From assembly GCA_964455675.1 (NCBI GenBank), contig CAYVYK010000003.1, positions 124,001-146,317 of the forward strand: a stretch of 22,317 nt of DNA, written 5' to 3'. This stretch comes from an uncultured Methanosarcinales archaeon. GTDB taxonomy: Archaea > Nanobdellota > Nanobdellia > Woesearchaeales > CAYVYK01. A model generated the notes under the pieces. The model had not been told where the DNA came from. It made no database searches and saw only the letters and a list, made by a program, of their open reading frames with translations. The position numbers and the translations under genes were made by a program. Shown here one piece after another: positions 17,529-22,317 of the stretch. How positions within the stretch are numbered: the stretch's first letter is position 1; each line of letters opens with the position of its first letter.

Positions 17529-18232
17529 ACGGAATCGAAATTGCAGCACGGTTCTCGTACAGCGTCAACAAGCTTGGATACTGCGGACCAGACGATGCAA
17601 ATACGCTCACGGAAAAGTACCTTAGGGGACAAACCACCGATAGCGAACTCAAGACCGCACTCTGCAAGTTCCAGGCAATGTACCCCTATCTTTGCGCAAT
17701 AGCAAGTAAGCATGGCTTGCAGCCATTTGACAAAAAGGTCGTGGAGGCATACTGGATCGGCAACGACCTTCTCGATACATTTACACCTGACGACATAAAA
17801 GGAATACTCACTACCCTCATGAACCGAGGGCTACCACCGTCCATCGGCAAGCCGCTCCTATCCCGTGTGCGGGAAGGGCTCTTTCCCCATCACAACCTTC
17901 ACGTCTTTTTCATCGGCGTTGGACAAATGACTGGCTCTGTGCCAAGCACTATCGAGACGATGCAGCAATGCCGGGTGACTTCTGGCATCGTTCATTTGGT
18001 CGAGAAAGACACTCTCACTGTTGAAACAGATATGACCATCTACGATAAGGGAGTATGGAAGACTGGGAAAGGTTTGCGACGGAAAATAGGATATCATCCG
18101 CTTTTCCTTCCATCAGTCAAGATCGGAGATATTGTCGCAGTGCACTGGAATTTTGCACCAATGATCCTTACTAAGCAACACCAGAAAAATCTCCGGAATG
18201 CTACTTCATCACTTTTTGCGGCTCTCTCGTAG
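17525..18232 (+). CDS. DUF6390-like protein with C-terminal HypC-like domain
   Basis: ARFSYSVNKLGYCGP, MYPYL, VVEAYWIGN, PHHNLHVF, CRV and GDIVAVHW; family recognised from memory of these motifs. Start reassigned to 17525 (ATGA overlap with the transporter). Confidence 0.8.
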   Translation: MNGIEIAARFSYSVNKLGYCGPDDANTLTEKYLRGQTTDSELKTALCKFQAMYPYLCAIASKHGLQPFDKKVVEAYWIGNDLLDTFTPDDIKGILTTLMNRGLPPSIGKPLLSRVREGLFPHHNLHVFFIGVGQMTGSVPSTIETMQQCRVTSGIVHLVEKDTLTVETDMTIYDKGVWKTGKGLRRKIGYHPLFLPSVKIGDIVAVHWNFAPMILTKQHQKNLRNATSSLFAALS

Positions 18233-18431
18233 CTTCCTTATAGAGTTTTAGGGCGGCACGGGCCTCTTTTGAAGGAACCTTCTGCAGAACAATGCCTGCT
18301 TGCACAATCACGTACTGCCCCACGCGATATGACGACTCAAGAAGCTTTGCCCTGCGGCGCTCAACCTCATAATCGATCAAGGCGGTGTCACCATCGATTG
18401 AAATAATTCTCCCGGGAACAGCAAGGCACAT
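18201..18431 (-). CDS. hypC: HypC/HybG/HupF hydrogenase chaperone (conserved His replaced by Gln)
   Basis: N-terminal MCLAVPG. VGQYVIVQAG replaces the canonical vGdyVlvHxG. Has its own TATA box (ATATAAAAA, 18461-18453). Confidence 0.9.
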   Translation of the reverse strand: MCLAVPGRIISIDGDTALIDYEVERRRAKLLESSYRVGQYVIVQAGIVLQKVPSKEARAALKLYKEATREPQKVMK

Positions 18432-18491
18432 ACATACACGGAGAGTCTTGCGGTTTTTATATCTTTGTTTGAACGACCTATTCGCTTTTGT

Positions 18492-18878
18492 CTATGTACT
18501 CTTCATCATACGCTTGAGGATCACGGCTGTTTTTGCAGCGAGGTCCTGCACGTCCCCCCTCATTGGCACAGCAACAATACGAACCCTCCTCTTTTTCCCA
18601 GACATTCGCTCCTGAAGTTTCAGAAAGAACGCAAGATCAAAGTCATGAAGCGAAACCATCTTTGGATCCGCAAGATGGTCGATATCCGTGATTAGTATCG
18701 GTTCGTGAATATTCTGTGCGACGTCAAGAATGATGAACTCTCTGTCAATATACGAAGCAATGATCTCGGGAGAATCGCATGGAATAAACGTGAATCCTTT
18801 CAACTTCAGAACACTTGCAATACTCTTCGCCATTCTATCTTCTTCGACTAAAGCATTGCCAAAACACAAAACATCCAC
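18492..18878 (-). CDS. Hydrogenase maturation endopeptidase (HycI/HybD-like)
   Basis: VLCFGNALVEED, IILDV and SLHDFDL match the GNxLxxDD, D and sxH motifs. Probable GTG start at 18878 just after the hypA stop; the ATG at 18896 is an alternative. Confidence 0.8.
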   Translation of the reverse strand: MDVLCFGNALVEEDRMAKSIASVLKLKGFTFIPCDSPEIIASYIDREFIILDVAQNIHEPILITDIDHLADPKMVSLHDFDLAFFLKLQERMSGKKRRVRIVAVPMRGDVQDLAAKTAVILKRMMKST

Positions 18879-18879
18879 A

Positions 18880-19200
18880 TCATTCAACCTCAACATTCCT
18901 GAGCACGATCTCGTCACCACTTGTTAAGGGAGGTACCTGTGTGCAGAGAGGGCATTCATACATCGCAATATCATGACCCCGCTCAAGGATCTTTGGTGCG
19001 CCAACATATCCACAGGAACACTCGATCGCTGCCTTAACAATCTCCATATCGACGGGATAGGGAACAATGCTCCGGAGTGTTGCATGCAGTTCCTCGGGAG
19101 GTACATGAGCCAACTCTCCAACAGAAATAGACATTCTTGTTACTTTCCCATGACTCTCGGCTTCCGCAACAAGCCTTCGGGCAAAAACCATCTCATGCAT
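18880..19200 (-). CDS. hypA: Nickel metallochaperone HypA
   Basis: N-terminal MHE Ni motif, VGEL, Zn site CSCG...CPLC, and SGDEIVL. Confidence 0.93.
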   Translation of the reverse strand: MHEMVFARRLVAEAESHGKVTRMSISVGELAHVPPEELHATLRSIVPYPVDMEIVKAAIECSCGYVGAPKILERGHDIAMYECPLCTQVPPLTSGDEIVLRNVEVE

Positions 19201-19222
19201 ACGCCACCGAGGAATCTCATGC

Positions 19223-19292
19223 TATAAAAATATATGGGTCCGTGCATAGTACCTAAGCCGTTGATGCGAAATACCATCCAAACCTTTTTATA
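19223..19292. promoter_or_regulatory. Back-to-back TATA boxes (hypA and membrane protein/rlmH)
   Basis: Minus-strand TTTTTATA at 19230-19223 and plus-strand TTTTTATA at 19285-19292, each about 23-30 bp from its ATG. Confidence 0.6.
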
Positions 19293-19315
19293 CCGCAAAT
19301 TCCAGAGAGTGTGGT

Positions 19316-19717
19316 ATGGCATCACTCGTCAACCATCACACCCGTGATTATATCAAGTCGCGGGCAGAACTAGGGATGACTGAGTCGGAAATCAAAGTGG
19401 AACTTCTCAAAGGTGGGTGGACGACACAGCAAACAAATCAGCTCATGCAAGAGTATCGACAGTCGCTACCGCTCCACAGCAGTGCACCGGATCATTCCAT
19501 GTTCTGGAGCGTGAGTATCCTCGTTGCGAGCATATTTGTGCTCTCAACCATGCTCTTTGCATTCCTTGGACCAAACGTGACGGGACAAGTCGTTGCCGGT
19601 CTTCCGAACACTGATCCATTCGTTTCAGGATTTGGAGTGCTCGTGATTGCGAATATCATCTTTCTCCTTGTGGCAATCACGTTTGTCGTCCTTACCGTAC
19701 GATGGGAAAAACGATGA
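19316..19717 (+). CDS. Hypothetical membrane protein (small N-terminal helical domain plus 2 TM)
   Basis: YIKSRAELGMTESEIKVELLKGGW helical module followed by two hydrophobic segments. ATGA-coupled to rlmH. Confidence 0.75.
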   Translation: MASLVNHHTRDYIKSRAELGMTESEIKVELLKGGWTTQQTNQLMQEYRQSLPLHSSAPDHSMFWSVSILVASIFVLSTMLFAFLGPNVTGQVVAGLPNTDPFVSGFGVLVIANIIFLLVAITFVVLTVRWEKR

Positions 19718-20136
19718 GGCATCTGTACCTTCTCACAGTCGGAAAATACAGTGATGCGAACTACCGCAAGCTCTGTGAGGAATACATCAAGCGCGCAGGC
19801 GCGTGGAGCACTATACATATCAGTGAAATCAAAGATGCCGGAAAGCGAACACAAGAGTGGATTCAGAAGATCGTTCCGGCTGGAGCTGCATGTTACTGCC
19901 TTGACGAACATGGAAAAACATATTCCAGCGGGGAATTTGCCAAGCTCTGCGACCAGCCAAAAATGGCTATCATCATCGGCGGGGCCGATGGACTCGCACC
20001 GGAACTCCTTCGCAAGTACCCCTGCATATCGCTCTCACGGATGACTATGGCTCATGAACTCGCCAAACTGGTATTCCTGGAACAGTACTACCGCGGCCTT
20101 TGCCTCTTACATAATCATCCTTACCATCGAGGATAA
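19714..20136 (+). CDS. rlmH: 23S rRNA pseudouridine-1915 N3-methyltransferase RlmH (SPOUT)
   Basis: LLTVGK, EYIKR, LDEHGK.YSS.EFA, IIGGADG, SLSRMTMAHEL, LEQYYRG and HPYHR. Start MRHLY at 19714. Confidence 0.93.
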   Translation: MRHLYLLTVGKYSDANYRKLCEEYIKRAGAWSTIHISEIKDAGKRTQEWIQKIVPAGAACYCLDEHGKTYSSGEFAKLCDQPKMAIIIGGADGLAPELLRKYPCISLSRMTMAHELAKLVFLEQYYRGLCLLHNHPYHRG

Positions 20137-20241
20137 GTAGTTTCTATCACATATCCCTCACGTCATGCGCGAACATATTCCCTAGCGCTGCCGCAGGATT
20201 CCAAGGAAATTTATTTATAGTGCACAACCTGATAAAACCAC

Positions 20242-20970
20242 ATGAATCTGCTTCGAAAGGTTATCCTTTACGGCATTGCGGTTGCTCTACTCCTGAATAC
20301 TGGATTCATCATCATGGCAAAAGACATCCAGAGCTATGTCGTATACGAGCCAGTCCAGGTCGAAGAGCAGTACACGGAAGAAGTCCCCTATTTTGAGCAG
20401 GAAGAATACATTGAAGAAGTCCCTATGCCCGCAAAGGACTGCAGACAAGAACCTGTGGATTATTCAGTGAGGGACTGGAGCGGAACGTATGAGTGCCTTG
20501 AGCGAGGAGGGTGCGCAAAGTACGATGTGGAATGCAAAGAAACCGATGATTACGGTATCTGCACAAACTATCAGACGATCTGCGTACAGGAAGGTTGTGC
20601 GAGGATGAAAACCGTCTGCTCGCTCAAGCTGAGTAACAAGTATGACCAATCAGGAGTGTACACCGTAAGCGCATACTTTGTGGGAGACGATGGGCGCGTC
20701 GATCAGCCTGCAAGGAGCATGGAAATATCTGCGTACGGCGAGGGCGAGTGGACGTATGAATACGAGATGATATCCCCTGATGAACATGTCTTCTGTGACT
20801 ACAAGATCGAGAAGGTACCAACATATGAAACATGTGAAGAACATGACGTACTCGTGCCTGTGAAAAAATACCGAAAAGTTATCAGGTACAAAACGGAGAC
20901 CAAGACTCGAACCGTGACAAAGAGTCAACCCGTCACAAAGGAACTTGAAGTCTCACGATATCTTTCATGA
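20242..20970 (+). CDS. Membrane-anchored Cys-rich extracellular protein
   Basis: N-terminal TM, acidic strand-like segment, 10-Cys central region and basic Thr/Lys/Val-rich C-terminus. TATA-like TTTATTTATA about 25-30 bp upstream. Confidence 0.8.
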   Translation: MNLLRKVILYGIAVALLLNTGFIIMAKDIQSYVVYEPVQVEEQYTEEVPYFEQEEYIEEVPMPAKDCRQEPVDYSVRDWSGTYECLERGGCAKYDVECKETDDYGICTNYQTICVQEGCARMKTVCSLKLSNKYDQSGVYTVSAYFVGDDGRVDQPARSMEISAYGEGEWTYEYEMISPDEHVFCDYKIEKVPTYETCEEHDVLVPVKKYRKVIRYKTETKTRTVTKSQPVTKELEVSRYLS

Positions 20971-21093
20971 GTACCTCTCTTTCGCGAACCTTTACTCATC
21001 ATTCTCTGCGGCATTACTCCCAGTATCAAGTGTAGTCATCACTTCAATTGCTAGTCATGCTTTTTTGAATTATATGTATAAGTTATGAATATA

Positions 21094-21149
21094 ATAGTAT
21101 TATTATTATACTATAAAATGTATATCTTAATACTATAAAGATTTATAAA
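21094..21149 (+). promoter_or_regulatory. TATA box with ATACTAT(AAA) direct/inverted boxes
   Basis: ATAGTAT at 21094-21100, ATACTATAAA at 21108-21117 and 21130-21139, and TTTATAAA at 21142-21149, before the ATG at 21172. Confidence 0.55.
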
Positions 21150-21171
21150 GGAAACCTGCCAGGACCCCTGT

Positions 21172-21408
21172 ATGACCGGCAGGGGCAAGCGAACGCACAA
21201 GGCAATTCAAGGACAATTGCTGCGGACGCTTGCACGCGAGCAGCTCTCAATCCATGATCTTGCATCTCGTGCAGGAGTAAACTGGAGCACAACCCAGCGC
21301 CAACTCATCATCCTGAAGGGCAAGGATCTTGTCCGTGAGGTATTCTCCCATCCACGCCTTCGACTCTTTGAAATCACGCCGAAAGGAAAAGAGGCGACTC
21401 CGCGATGA
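21172..21408 (+). CDS. Winged helix-turn-helix regulator
   Basis: LSIHDLASRAGVNWSTTQRQLIILKGKDLV HTH followed by the wing RLFEITPKG. Confidence 0.85.
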   Translation: MTGRGKRTHKAIQGQLLRTLAREQLSIHDLASRAGVNWSTTQRQLIILKGKDLVREVFSHPRLRLFEITPKGKEATPR

Positions 21409-22317
21409 AATGGGCTCTCATCATCATGGTCATCCTCATACTTCCCCTAGCGGTACATGCGGAAATTCGTGGAAGCGGCTACACCGTGGATATCGACAGT
21501 CTCAGTCTTGAGATACCCAAAGGAGATTTTGTGGAGAAGTCGATCACGATCACAAACACCCGCAGCTCTCCATTCCAGGTACTTTTCGAATCTGAGGGAA
21601 ACATCTCAAGTATGATCGTGTTCACAGAGCCTGACGCCATTCTCCAACCGCAAGAAAGCTATAATATCATCACGCGAATTGCAGTGGACAAGCAGCAGTC
21701 CGTAGGATTTTTCAGCGGGACAATCCACCTCGGCGGAGACCTTGATGAGCGCATTCCCGTCAGCGTGTCCGTTGGAGAAGAAACTGTGCAAACTGGTGTC
21801 GGCAGCCTTCTCATGGAACTCAAACTCCTCGATGATATCGTGTACTCAGGTCAGCGACTGCGATATACCTTAGACTTATTCAACCTCATATCGGACATTC
21901 ATTATAATGTGACGCTTATCTACGTCATCAAACGGATCGAAAACCAGACAATCATGAGCGAGCGAAACAACACCATAGAACAGATGGAGAATCTTTCGAT
22001 GACACGATCGTTCTCACTCAACAAGGAAGTCAAGATACCCACTGCATTCGAACCTGGTGACTATAGCATCGAAGTTGAGGCAAAATACCTCAATTTCTCA
22101 TCAACCGTCGCAGCCCTCTTTAGCGTTGAAACACCAGTACACAATAGAACAATAGCTGGAGTCATCCCTGTGTGGGTTGCGGCAACGCTCGGGGCGATTG
22201 CGGTCGTTGCATACTTCATCGTCATCATTGTAAGGCGGAATCTTGAGAAGAAGAAGCGCTTTCATGCTAAAATAGACTATGGACAAATGCCGCAGAAAGG
22301 AGAACGCAGCATCCTCG
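21405..22317 (+). CDS. Partial: signal peptide, extracellular beta-sandwich domains, TM anchor and start of a cytoplasmic domain (runs off the window)
   Basis: Translated by hand because it is absent from the ORF track: MKWALIIMVILILPLAVHA|EIRG...PGDYSIEVEAKY...VWVAATLGAIAVVAYFIVIIV-RRNLEKKKRFHAKIDY... The frame is open to the window end and has an ATGA overlap with the wHTH gene. Confidence 0.88.
   Translation, partial: MKWALIIMVILILPLAVHAEIRGSGYTVDIDSLSLEIPKGDFVEKSITITNTRSSPFQVLFESEGNISSMIVFTEPDAILQPQESYNIITRIAVDKQQSVGFFSGTIHLGGDLDERIPVSVSVGEETVQTGVGSLLMELKLLDDIVYSGQRLRYTLDLFNLISDIHYNVTLIYVIKRIENQTIMSERNNTIEQMENLSMTRSFSLNKEVKIPTAFEPGDYSIEVEAKYLNFSSTVAALFSVETPVHNRTIAGVIPVWVAATLGAIAVVAYFIVIIVRRNLEKKKRFHAKIDYGQMPQKGERSIL

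Overview
This is an archaeal chromosomal segment of roughly 50% GC, most consistent with a DPANN lineage such as Woesearchaeota. The evidence is TATA boxes 22-36 bp before many start codons, an intron-containing tRNA, and DPANN-style surface proteins; the taxonomy is inferred, not tested. From left to right it contains: (1) a degenerate TIM-barrel ORF; (2) a minus-strand operon of a ribbon-helix-helix regulator, a 1266-aa membrane protein with five tandem ~100-aa beta-rich repeats, and a helical protein, preceded by four GTGTGTAT(AA) boxes; (3) ferredoxin, 2-oxoacid:ferredoxin oxidoreductase alpha and beta, and a small membrane protein; (4) an S-layer-like protein with Cys-rich repeats and a DUF1554-like tip; (5) an intron-containing tRNA-Arg(UCG) preceded by two hairpin repeats that copy its 5' end; (6) a complete group 3b [NiFe] sulfhydrogenase operon (beta, gamma, delta, alpha) continuing into an EamA/DMT transporter and a DUF6390-like protein, facing hypA, a maturation protease and hypC; (7) a membrane protein, rlmH, a Cys-rich stalk protein, a winged-helix regulator, and a truncated membrane-anchored protein missing from the ORF track. 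Two signals stand out. The first is an apparently non-canonical hydrogenase maturation module: hypB/D/E/F are absent from the window, HypC has lost its conserved His, and the DUF6390-like protein carries an internal HypC-like domain that keeps both Cys and His. The second is the tRNA-mimicking repeat-spacer array.
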